Shown here one piece after another: positions 1 through 12,225 of a stretch of DNA of 64,000 bases (position 1 is the stretch's first letter; every line of letters begins with the position of its first letter). The stretch covers positions 62,001 to 126,000 of the forward strand of contig LSRY02000010.1 of NCBI GenBank assembly GCA_001643675.2. The letters are read 5' to 3'. A model generated the notes under the pieces. That model worked only from the letters and a program-made list of their open reading frames with translations. It was not told the origin of the DNA and made no database searches. Origin of the DNA: Monocercomonoides exilis PA203 (taxonomy: Eukaryota > Protista > Preaxostyla). The translations under genes were made by a program, and so were the position numbers.

Positions 1-1965
1 CAATTCCTATAATTATAGAAAACAGATGTACTATTCGAGGTAGAATGCAATTGTAAATTTTCCTTTGAAGATGAGCAGTTAGTTCTATCTGAAGATAAAA
101 TAGTTTCAGAAATAAATAGCTGAGAAATGGAATAAAAGGAATAAATGTGGAGAGCACTGACTCAACAGTTCGCGGAATTCCGTTTTGGAGAGGAAGAAAA
201 CTGAACGGTATTTCGCCTGAAATAAAACGAGGGTCAAATAATTGATAAGTTGAATCGTCTGAAGAGAATGCATTTCCATCCGTTTTTGAGTCTCCGCTTC
301 CATTTTCATCATCATTTTCTGTCGTATGTGATCTTTCCTTGTTTATCAGATTCGACATGCTGACATCTTCGTGACTGTGAATCAGCATCCTCTCAATTTC
401 TTGCATTGATAAATTCAGAATTTCCAGAAGGCTGTTCAGTCGATTATGTGTATCATCATTACCTGACTCATCTTTCTCTTCTTCTTTTTTTCCCTGAAAA
501 AGAGACACTTTCAGTGCACATGGCTCTCTTTCCAAGAGATCTATTGCTTTTTGTACAACATATGGAAGAAAAATATAAACGACAGTGTCGCAAAATAATG
601 GAGCAGCCAAATCAATTTGAGCATTAACATTGAATGACACATCAGAATAATGCTCGGCGATCGCGCTGCAAAATGTCATATCCAATTTCTTAAGATATGC
701 TCTTTCCATAAAAATGTCAAAAAGAAAAAAAAAAAAATCAAAATGTCAGAGGAGAATCATCAATCAATAAGAATAAAAAATATTTTCTTAAAAAAAAAAA
801 AAAAAAAAAAGAATTGTTTGATAGCAACATAACAACAGGAACAAACAAGCAATAAAGCATATGTAATATAAAAGATGATGAGAGAGACAGAGACACACAT
901 TTGCAAATCTAATAATAATGGAATCAATTGGAAAGCGTGAAACATAGAACTTTTTCCTTGTACAACGTATTGAAAATAGAAAAGCAAAGTTTTGCGGAAA
1001 AAAGATAATTAATGAATAAATTTAAGTGGTAAAAGAACTATCATACGATATCCAGAACCAAAAAAATTTATGAAAATGCATTCTATAAAAGCCTCATTTA
1101 TGTTATAAATGTGTTCCTTTAAAAATTTTATAACTGCATAAACAACAGGTATAAATTCAACTGGAATTTGTTGTCGGCCTGCCAATAGACAATGCCCCAA
1201 AACATGGGGTTCACATGATCCAGTTTCCATCTTTTTTATATTCTCTAATAATGTTGAGGAAATGCCACTTTCTTGATAAAGAGCTGGAATAAATAAATTT
1301 GAGCCAGCTTCAATTTCTAGTAAATCAATTAAATTGCTTAATATGTTCACCAAAGTTGTTTTCGTGAATTCATCAGAATGCGCTTCTAAAATTTCGGAAA
1401 ACATCAATAAATAGCCTGAACGTCTTGCATCCGCAAAACTTGCCGAAGAATAGATATTACGCTCACTCAGTGCTAGTATACTTTTTGTTTTAATTCTATC
1501 GCTTCCTGTAAGAATGAACTTTAAAAGCTTAAGCGGAATTCGATGCTCCAACAATTTGTGCCAATATTTTCCATTTTGAAAAAGGATGAAAAAAAGATCC
1601 AAGCATTTGCTTAATATTTTCTCATTGGTTTTATCAAGCAACGGAACGATGTAAAATAGCAAGTCTCCCGCAAAAGCTCCGTCAAAGTCTTGAGAAGAAG
1701 AAAGGAATTTGATAAGAAGATTTAAGGCTTCAATGACAGTCTTTTCATTATCTGATCTGAATAAAAAAATATGAAATTTACAAAATAGCAAAAGCTCCAT
1801 TAGCAAACTGAAGATGCCTCAGATGACGATTAAAAAAAAAGCTGGTTTCTTGATGTGATGATAGCAATAACATTGTATTTGCTAAAAAATTTATAAGCAT
1901 TAATGTGTATTTTAAAGCGCATATGAAACAAATTATTAATGCAATATACATAAAGAAATATCCAT
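1..1965 (-). CDS. Multi-exon ARM/HEAT-like helical protein of unknown function, 3' end outside window
   Basis: Manual splicing with GT..AG introns keeps one frame: MDISL|SNTMLLL...RHLQ|SDNEKTVIEALNLL (ORF 1009-1806)...GY|RKSSMFHAFQLIPLLLDLQ|IAYLKKLDMTFCSAIAEH... The last exon (~700 to 1) is open to the window edge, so the ORF track misses it. The sequence is Leu-rich and helical. Confidence 0.6.
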
Positions 1966-2044
1966 TTTTAATTATTTCGTTTTTTGAAAAATTTTGTTAC
2001 AACTTAATGATCACCAATTTTTAATATTTAAATTTCAATTTTCG

Positions 2045-5000
2045 ATGACCTATTCTTCATTGGCAGATTTACTTCAAAAAAACTCGGGCATGATTATGCT
2101 TACACTTGTTTAAAAATTAACATTTAGTTTCTTTTTCACTTTTTTCCAAGGTTCAATTGATATTTCAATTTTAACAACTTGGATGCACTCTGTGCTTGAA
2201 ATTCTTTTAGACATGCACTCAAAAAAGGAATGCTTTCAAGCTCTTCACCCAAAAAATATTTTTATATCGAGTTCTGGTTCAGTTAAGCTTGATGTTCGAG
2301 AAAAAATATGTTTACCATATTATTCGCCAGAAATAATATTAGATCTCGAAAACAATAAATCTACAATTACTTTTACAGCTAAAAATGATATGTGGGCCTT
2401 CGGCTCCATATTTTTTGAATCTGCTCTTGGATACTCAACATTATCTGCTCATTCGTTTAAAGATTTTTTAAGGGAGCAATTTGCTCGGTTCAGAAATCCA
2501 AAGCGTTCTGATTTAAAGTATCTAACAGACAGAGTTTTTAATTCTCTACCATTTTATCAGTCAGACATTGTTCCACCTTCGTACGAAGTTTTTGATCCAA
2601 ATAACGCTATAAATGTGAAGAAGCACACTGGAATTCTTTCAAGTCTACCAAACGACTTTGCTCCTCTTTTCTGTAGCCTAATTCAAAGGACGCTGGATTT
2701 TAATCCTGAGACTCGTATTACTGCAGAACAGTGCATCGAATTACCAATCTTCAAACAAATAAAAAGAAAGAGTCAAATGTCTTTTTTATCAAAACAATTC
2801 TCTCATCAAAATATTCTTCCCACTTCTTCGGCATCATCAAAGCGTTTTTTGAGTGATCATTCACGTTCTTCTGTGGACTCTCTTCAGCCAACTACTGAAT
2901 ATTCGTTTCATAAATTGATACTCGATAATGATGAAGAAAAGAAAAGAAAATTTGAAATAAATGAACTTTTAAGTCTGAGCGAAGCGAGTGCAGCTGCGAG
3001 CAAAAGAAATATTGCGGAAGGTGCTGATTTGAAAAGAAAAGAAATGCCAAGTGCTTCTTCAACGAACATCACTCTTGTCCCTTCAATTACTCCTCGCTAT
3101 ATTGTCCCTTCACAAAAGCAGAACTTTCTGGTCAGACAGAAGCAGGCAACTCAACAGCCTGCGCCTTCTAATTTGAGCACCTGCAATTTTGATTCCCCAT
3201 CTGTTCCGCTTCAACGTCAGCACTCTCATTTTTCGTTCCCTCCAGCAGCAGCCATTTCTTCAGATTCTTCTCAGACTCCTCCTCATTCTCATCATTCCGA
3301 CTTTTCTGCCACACAAAAGCAATCTCATTGTAATTTGCTTTCTTCAGGCGATAAAAGCTTTCCCTCGCTTTCGAAATCATTCGACTTCGCACCTCCATCA
3401 AAGCATGTTGCTGCAAACTCATCTTCTTCAATGCCGCCATTCCCAATTTCAGATAACAGTAACTCTTTATCTTCATCCTCTTCCTCTTCCATTTCTCCAA
3501 CTTCATCTTTGAGACCTTCTTCTCCCTCCTCTCCTTTTCAATCTTCTCTTCCTTCTTCTTCTTCTTCCTCCTCTTCCTCTTTTCCTCTTCCTCTTCCACT
3601 GCCACTGCCTCTTCCTCTATCTTTTTCTGTCTCACCTTCTTATCTGTCTTCTTCTGCTTCTATTTCTTCTCATCCATCGCAGCCTCTCACTCTCCTCACA
3701 CACGAAGTGGTCAAAGAAGAAGGAAATGGATTTGTCCGAACAATAACACGACAAACATATCAAGTTCAGAGAGAAGAGAAGACGGAACAAAAGAAAAAGA
3801 AGAGGAGAAAGAAGAAGAATGCATATGACAACGACAGTTCGAATAACGATGAAGCAAAGCCAATTGAATCTGTTGATAGAAAAGATGACGTGCCTTCAGT
3901 TGAGTCAAGTGGAAGTATGGTCACTTCAACAGAAAGGAAAAAAGGAGAAGCAGAAAACGAAGATGATGGCAGAAAAGGAAAAGAAAATGAAATGAACAGC
4001 AATCCTTGTGAAGACAATCAGAAATTAGAAGATAAAAAATTGAAGGAAGAGAATGAAGATGTTTGTGATTCCGAACAAAAAGAGCAGAAAGAAGAAGAAG
4101 AGATAAAAGAGGAGAAAGAGGAGAAAGAGGAAAAAGAAGAAAAAGAATTTAAAGATGAAAAGGAACATGTTTGTGATTACGAACAAAAAGTCGAAAAAGA
4201 AGAATGTGCTGATAGTTTTGTGCATTCCGAGGCATTAACTGATCACCCGACACCATCTGAACATAATGAAGATGAAATTCCAATTGAAGCATCTGAAATG
4301 AGATGTGAAAGCGAAGACCAAAAATTAGATAATTTTGATCAAACAGAAGGGAAAGAAATGAGATATGGAGAAGAAGATGATGAATGCTGCTTAGATGCAG
4401 ATGAATGCGAAGAGAACGAAATTAAACAGCAAGACAATCCTTCTTCTGATGCATTTTTTGATAAAAATGATATTTCAGAGAAAACAAAACCCGAAGCAAA
4501 AGATGAAGATACAAAAGATAAAGATGCAAAAGATGAAAAAGATACAGAAGAAAAAGAAAATGAAACAGAAAAAGAAAAAGAAGAAAAAGATAAAGTTGAT
4601 GAAAGCGAACGAGAAGACTCGTCAGAAGACAGTTCAGATGGACAGAACGAAGACATCGAGCAAATCGAAGTGGTCGATGAATTTTATGACACGAATGTTC
4701 TGCCGGCAACTGTGCTGTCAGCGCTCAGCTCGTCTTCTCCACCCGTCTTTGTTGGAAACACACACCCTGCTTCTTCTTCTTCTTCTTCTCCTTCTCCTTC
4801 TCCTTCATCATTTTCATCATCATCATCATCATCTTCTTCTTCTTCTCATCCTTTTCCTTCTTCATCATCTTCATTGAACACTCCTCAAACTGCTCCATTG
4901 AATGCTCAATTGCCTCAGCCTCAATTTCCTTCTCCTTCTCCTTCTTTGTCTTCTCCTCGCCTTCCTTCAGATTCTTCAGTCTTCGTTTATCGGCCACTTC

Positions 5001-5638
5001 ACTACAAAACATTTTCTCCTTCTGCTTCTGTTGCTTCCTCTTCTTCACATACACAGAAATTATCACCTTTCCTTTCGGAGTCTGAAGTGACAGAAACACA
5101 TTTCATGCCAAAAATTGCTCTTGACTCGTCTTTGCCTCCTCACTTCCAGGCAAAACAAGAGCAGACTGCTTTCAGCACTCCCCATTCGTCTGCTTCCTCA
5201 TCATTTCCTCAGCCTTATTTGTCTCAATCATCTTCCACTCCATCTCATTTTCCAAATGCCACTCCAACTTCTTCTCATTCTCTCAAACGTTCTTCTGCTG
5301 CTTACTCCCCTTCAGACTCTCCTCTTCCTTCTCCTGTCCCTCCTTCTCTGACAAAGCCATCGCCAAAAAACGAACACAACAAGAATTCTTCTTCTCATCA
5401 TAATCCTCCGGCCTCTTTCTTGCTAACACCAACACACAACTCATCTGAATTTCCTGGTTCATCATCATCATCTCCATCATATTCTTCTTCTTCTTCTTCT
5501 TCTACAACTACTTCTTTATCATCTTCGTTATCATCCTCAATTCAGTCTCCATCAAATCTTCCTCCACATCGCTGTTCTTCTCAACAAACACCTGGACTGT
5601 TGAATGCTGTTTCTTTGATTCATTCTCCTTTTTCTTAA
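2045..5638 (+). CDS. Protein kinase-like (pseudokinase, C-lobe only) with long S/P-rich and E/K-rich disordered tail
   Basis: Kinase-like subdomains are visible: MHSKK-FQALHPKNIF (VIb), YYSPE (VIII), NDMWAFGSIFFE (IX), LDFNPETRITAEQCI (XI). GxGxxG, VAIK, HRD and DFG are absent. Predicted first exon 2045-2087 joins through a GC-AG intron (2088-2150) in frame with ORF 2183-5638. Confidence 0.7.
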
Positions 5639-5993
5639 AATAACAACTAATTGTTTGAAAATATGACAGATATTAATTGTTTGTCTTTTTGTTTCATTGT
5701 TATAATAATTATTGTTTGTTTCTTTCTGTTTGAAGCACTGGAATATTTTTTGAAATGTGTTCAAATTTATTGCTTTGAATGAATTTTTTTATTTGTTTTT
5801 CAATTTTTGCAAAAAATTTTACTTTTGTTTAACACTTTGTTTCGATGAGAATTGTTTGAAATGAACAGTTTTTATCGAATCAATAATAAAATGAAAATGA
5901 ATTGATCTTAACCACAATCTGACGAGTTAAAAAAAGACTTTTAATTATTTCCCTCTGCGCAGGGATATATTGAGAGATATCATCTAATTTTTC

Positions 5994-8900
5994 ATGGCAA
6001 AGCCTATTTTTTGCTTCATTTGCGATGGAACAGATAACTGTATGGAATTGATTCATTTTGAATTTTTTCAGTGTTCAAATATTTCATTTTTAAGACTTCC
6101 AAATGACAATGAATGCAATCATCTCCTTAAAGAATAGCACGCCTTCAGCCGTAATTGGAGTTATTATACCACCATATGTTGATTTTATTGCTACAAGTGA
6201 AAAAATTGAGAAAGCTCTTCCAGATATTTCAAATATCATTATGAAGTCTGGAAACATTCATTTTCCTCGTTGGAACCCAACACAAGTATGAGTCATTTAT
6301 TTAATTGTAGCAATGAAGAACGGTCTTTTTTTGATTCTTTTTTGATTTCAGTTCAAACTTGACATTGAATTGTTTTGTGATGATTATGATCCTGTCTGTT
6401 GGATAGACAGCGACGTTACCGTTCTAAAGGACATTTCCCCATTTGCAGAAACTTTTTATAACAGCGGGAAGAAGTTTGCATTCCTCTCGGATCATGTTAA
6501 CCATGATTCTTCATTTCTTGCACTTTGGGAAGACGGTCCTGAGCATTGTTTTGTTCCTCAAGCTTGCTACATGTTGTTTCGTTCTGAATATGTAAAGTCG
6601 TTCTTTAATTTGTGGAAAAAAATATGGAATGATTGGATTAGTCCTTCACCTTTTTTTAATCATTCTGATCCAGCTCCTGATTTTTCTGGATCTGCGTTTT
6701 GCATAGAGCAATATGCTCTTGGACAAGCGCTTATCAGATATGAGTTAGGGGCTGTTACTAATCGTTCACATTTATCTGAGGAAGCATCTCCTTCTTCATT
6801 AGACGAAGCAACATCTTCAATTCATTCATCAAGAGATGAACGTGAAATTTCAATCTTAACTTCTTCCGACATTCGTGAACATCCAACAATTTTTAATGAA
6901 CTTAATCCGCCTCCATCTGTGCTTGTGATTAACAGATCACAGCTGCTTGTCCATCAAGAAACTGTTGCACTTGCATTGCAAATGGCAAATAGAGCAAGCA
7001 CTTCGCAACGATCAAATCATTCTCAACGAACTACAGAGGCTACTTCAGATTATCACTCAAATCAGCAGCGTTATTTAATTTTGTCACCATCGTCTCATCC
7101 ATCAAGTATTCCATTGAGCCAAGTTGATTTTTCTCCTTCATTTTCGACTAACGGAGAGAATGGGCAGATACAAATATCTTCACTTCGACAAGCGTATCCT
7201 TCTTCTTTAGTTTTGTCTTCTTCCTCGGTCATTGCATCCGGAAGTGTTGATATTCAAAAACATATAAGTTCTGCTCCATCAACTGTTTCTTTACCAACTC
7301 ATAATTCACTTTTCGTTGGGTCAGTTATTTCAATACCAAATAATCAAGAAATTGGAAGCTATTCACAAAGCGTTGAAATTGTTACTTCTTTAATACCTTC
7401 CTTGGTACCTTCTTCATATCAATTACCGATAAATGCTGGAGTCATCGAAACTGGAGAAACATTATCATCATTAACTTCGTCATTCCGTGGATTGTCGATC
7501 GGAGAAACTTCTACAAACATACAACAGCAAAAGCAGCTGCAAACAGGAGAACTTGTAAGCTCCTACAGAGGCATCTCGAGCAAAGGAGAAATCAAAACAG
7601 GTTCATCTGAAGTTCAACAAGAGCTGGGAGAGATTACCTCTTCTTATCGAAGAATTTTGTCATCAGGAAATATTGAAACGCAGAGCGCACAACAACAGCA
7701 GCAGTCAGGAGAATTCTTGACATCGTATAAAATGATCGGGGCATCCGGACAAATACAATCGCAAATTTCTGCAAAAGGATTGCAATCTGGTGAGCTGTTA
7801 ACATCCTATTCAGGACTCCAATCTTTGGGTGGTATTGAAACTTCTGCGCAAAGCAAGCAACAAACACAACAAACTGGAGCCATTTTTACATCATACCGTA
7901 AAGCAGCATCGTCTGGAGTAATTGAGACAAAAGCACAAACACAACAGAAGCAGCAGCAGCAATATGGAGAATTGACTACGTCATATCTTGGTGCTGTGAG
8001 CGGAGGATCAATAGAAACAGGAATGAAACAAAAACAAAAACAGCAAATAACTCAATTGCAACAAGGATTGCTGTTAACTTCATATCGTGCAATCGGAGCA
8101 TCAGGTCAAATTCAAACAGGAGTCACTCAGCAACAGAAGCAGCAAACTACTCAACAATATTCTGGAGAATATTTAACATCGTATCAGTCTGCTCTGTCTG
8201 CAGGGCAGATAACAACAGGCGTGACTCAATCCATTTCTCAGAAACAGCAGCAAGTCGGAGGGATTGCTACGTCTTATCGAAATGTCGGTGCGTCTAGGCA
8301 AATACAAAGCGGAGCGATTCAAAAACAGCAGCAGTCGTCTCAGCAGCAGCAATCGGGTTCTGTACTTACATCATACAGAACAGCAAGTGCAGCTGGAAAA
8401 GTCGAAACAGGAATCAGTCAAGGTCAGATTCAGAAGCAACAACTGCAACAATCCGGAGAATTTACAACTTCTTATCAAAAATTTGGTGCTTATGGACAAA
8501 TATTGACAGCAACAACAAAGCAAACTCAGCAAAAGCAATTGGGCGAACTTTTAACTTCATACAGCACAACAGGTGCAACTGGGCAAATCACGACAGGAGT
8601 GAAACAACAACAGCAGCAGCAGGAAACGGGAGGTATTGTAACTTCGTATGGAGCACTCGGATCATTTGGACAGGTTGAAACACAATCAAATTTTGGAAAG
8701 CTTTACTTCCTTTCCGTTTCAAAAACGGCTGCTGGAAAAGTCATTCAATCGAGCATTGTCTCATCATACGGTTTTCAAGGAGCTTTGGGGATGATAACTT
8801 CTGGAGTTACAACTCAATCGCAACAGCAGCAGTCTCAACAGCAAGTGGGGGAATTTTCTTCTTCTTATAAGGCCATCTCTGGTAGCGGGGCATTTGTTAC

Positions 8901-11751
8901 TGGTGGAAAGCAGCAGCAGCAACAACAACAACAACTGCAAAGTGGAGAAGTGCTGACATCTTACAGAGCTGTTGGAGCATCTGGGCAAATACAAAGCGGA
9001 GTATCTCAGCAACAGCGACAGCAGCAATTCGGAGGGTTAACGACTTCGTATCAAGGCATTGGTGCTTCTGGGCAAATTGAAACAAAAGTTTCGAAGTTGC
9101 AGCAAGTGAAGCAGTCAGGCGAAATAGTTTCATCATATCAATTGCAAACATTGGGGCAAATACAAACAGGATCTATTCAAAAGAAAGAAGTTAAGAAGCA
9201 GAAGCAATTAGGCGAAGTTCTGAGCTCATACAAAGGAATAGGGGCATCAGGCTCGATTGAAACTCAGTTTGTTGTGCAGAAGCAGTCGCTGCAAGGAATT
9301 GGAGGAGTCTTAACATCATATTCTGGGCAGAAATCGTTTGGTCAAATACAAACGCAAACAGAACAGCGACAACAACAAGTTGGGGAATTTACAAGTTCCT
9401 ACAAAGGAATTACAAACACTGGAGAGATCAAAACAGGAGCGGCTCAAAAACAACAAGAAGTCGGAGAATTGACTTCGTCTTATCGAGGAATTTCGTCTAC
9501 TGGCAACGTTGAAACGCAAATTGCACAGCAGCAGATACAAACAGGTGTGATGCTCTCTTCTTACAGAGCATCTTCAAATGCTGGACAAATTGAAACAAGT
9601 TCTTATCAACAAGCCTTCAAGCAAGGTGAGGTGCTTTCTTCCTTTTCTGGGCTGAAGGCAATTGGAGGAATAGAAAAAGAGATGTCAGTTAGATCGATTG
9701 AGCTCACTCAAGCAGTTGCCTCCTACAGACCTGTGCCAACACTCTCTGTAGGAGAGATTTCTTCGACTTCTGCTTCTTCTGCTTCTTCCTTTTATCCTGT
9801 GAATGTGGTCAATTATCCTTCGTCATATGTGCCTCCTTCACTCACTAGAACAGAGAATATTGAAACGCGTTCAACACAAAGTGGGACAATTAATGTGTCT
9901 TCTTATGGAACATCATTTTCATCTTTAAACACTGAGAACAACGCTTTACAGGGCGAAATTATTTATTCTGCAGCAAATAGACGATCAATACAGAACTTAA
10001 ATTATACTCTTCAAACATCAAGTGCTTCAAATAATCAACAAATAGAAGATATTTACAACATTTCCGATTCTTCGCGATTTAATGAAAATTCATATCCTTC
10101 TTCAGATAATTTCTACTCGCATGTTGTAACATCTTACATACCTTTGGTTCCTTTGGCTGAAGTATTCTTCTTTGAAAACTCATCTGCATTGCCTGAATCA
10201 ACTTCTGAACAGCATCAGAATTCTATCAACGACAACAGTTATGCATTGCAGTTTGATACCCGATCTCAATCGCATCATCAAAGATCGTCAGACTCCGATT
10301 CTCAGCACATAACTTCTCATCATCATCGCAATCTGACTCGCCACAGTCACAGGCACAGCCATGGCAGCGATCATAGTCACAACCATGGGCATCATCACAG
10401 CCACCACAGCCACCACAGCCATCACTCCAGCCACAACACCTCCAATCTCTCCTCTTCTCATTTCGCTGCTCCAACAATTCCTAAAGTTGTCGAATCCTCT
10501 CCAAAACTGGTGTATTCTGAAGCATCAATAACTGCACCGGCTCCTCTTCCTCCAATTTGGCCTCTGCCTTCTCCCACACCATCACCTCCACCGCTTCCTC
10601 AGTACATTCACACAAAGCCTCCTCCTTCTCCTTTGCCAATCATCTTGCCTTCTGATTCATTTCAACTGTCATCTTATTCACAACAGATGCATCTGAATGA
10701 ACACAATTCTCATTTTCAACAACAAGCTGAGCACTCATCGCATTCCCAGGGAAATCAGACTTCTCATTCCACTTCGCAAAGACATTCGTCTCGCCAGTCC
10801 AATCTTTATCAGAGCAGCACAACACAGCAACATTCACAAGCTGCCGATTTTTCATCAGACGAACGCTTTTCAGTTCTGGAAAGCGCAAACAAGGATGCTT
10901 TTGCAGCAAACAGCGAGTCATTAAAAGATGATAATGAGACAAAAGAAAGTCAATTGGTAGAAGAAGAAAGCGAAGGAGAATTATCAGCTTCTTTCTCTTC
11001 GTCTGAAAGTGATGACGAATCCGAAGAGAAAAAAGATGGAATGAATAATGTTCTGTCACATTCAAACATTTTGCCTGTTCCGTCAAATAATCTGTTAACG
11101 TTAAGCAATCCTTCATTATCTTCCTCATCCTCTCAAATTCCGTCTGCAAGATTGCTAAGCACAGTTGATCGAAAAATCTTTATTTTTGGGCCTCCTTTAA
11201 ATGCTGCGAATGACCAGGCATCTTCCATCTCAGAGCCTTCGAATGCACTTCAGAACTCTTCAGCTCAATCTTCGGAACCTGCCCCTCCAATTTTGAGAGA
11301 CGAAGAATACGACCCATTATTGACACCTGTCCATGAACATGCATTTAATACATTAGCTGCATGTTCTAATTCGCAAAATAATACAAATCGTGCTTCTTCT
11401 GCTAGCTTATCAATATCCTCTTCCTCTTCCTCTTCTTCTTCTTCTTCTTCTTCTTCTTCTTCTTCTTCTTCTTCTTCTTCTTCTTCTTCTTCTTCTTCTT
11501 CTTCTTCTTCTTCTTCTTCTTCTTCTGAGTTCTCATTCCATCAACAGCCTCCTTCTGTCCCTGCACAACCCTCACAACCAACTCCTTCTTCAGCAAGCTC
11601 TCACATTATGGTTGATCTGCTCCAGGATGCATCAGTTGCACATTTTTACAATACAAATTATTCAACAATGAGTGTATTTATGGATGGCTTGAAAGACACA
11701 ATTATTAAGCTTGTGGACAAAGATGAACATGAAAAAATAGGAAAGGAATGA
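5994..11751 (+). CDS. GT8 / glycogenin-like glycosyltransferase with a very large internal repeat insertion
   Basis: Introns 6040-6094 and 6286-6351 give MAKPIFCFICDGTDNYFQMTMNAIISLK...QFKLDIELFCDDYDPVCWIDSDVTVLKDI (DxD motif)...FCIEQYALGQAL. The GT8 C-terminal motif VAHFY appears only ~1600 aa later, near the stop. Confidence 0.75.
7405..9760 (+). repeat. Coding tandem repeat: ~24 clear plus ~3 degenerate units of G-E-x-x-[TS]-S-Y-x6-G-x-I-[EQ]-T separated by Q-rich linkers
   Basis: Examples: GELVSSYRGISSKGEIKT, GEFLTSYKMIGASGQIQS, GLLLTSYRAIGASGQIQT, GEVLTSYRAVGASGQIQS, GELTSSYRGISSTGNVET. The units are diverged at DNA level and conserved at protein level. Confidence 0.9.
11416..11526 (+). 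repeat. (TCT)n microsatellite encoding a poly-Ser tract in the GT8-like gene
   Basis: A near-pure TCT run of over 30 units, in frame. Confidence 0.95.
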
Positions 11752-12225
11752 AAAAGAATTTGGAAAAATAGATTAAAAAAAGATGGAGTTGACAAGCAAA
11801 AATTTCATTATTATAAAAATATGGCAATATTGCTATGTCGGATTATTCTTTAATTTGCATAACCTTAAAAAGTCGGTTAAAAAACGCTTTTTACATTATA
11901 CGATATCTGGAAAATATTCTGACTTTCGAAAAATTAATAATTTCAATACATTGAACAAAAATTATTTTTGTGTTTTATAAAAGTTTGCTATTTTACGTTT
12001 ATTAATTATTTATTGCATTCATTGTAAATAATAAAGTTTATTTAACATTTTATTGACAAAGAATAAATAATGTTTGAGTATTTTTTTTTTATTTTGAATT
12101 GAATTTTTTGTGTTTACAAAAAGAAAAATGGCTTTGATCATATTATTTGCTATTATTTGACGCTACTGCATTTCATAACATCTTTTTTCACCATACCATT
12201 TTAAAAGAATTGCTTTTTAAATACA

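Noticed and set aside
7405-9760. CRISPR-like repeat-spacer array
   Set aside because: The repeats are conserved at protein rather than DNA level, lie in frame within a eukaryotic ORF, and there are no cas genes.
11390-11671. Poly-Leu and poly-Lys ORFs
   Set aside because: Alternative-frame and antisense readings of the (TCT)n poly-Ser tract.
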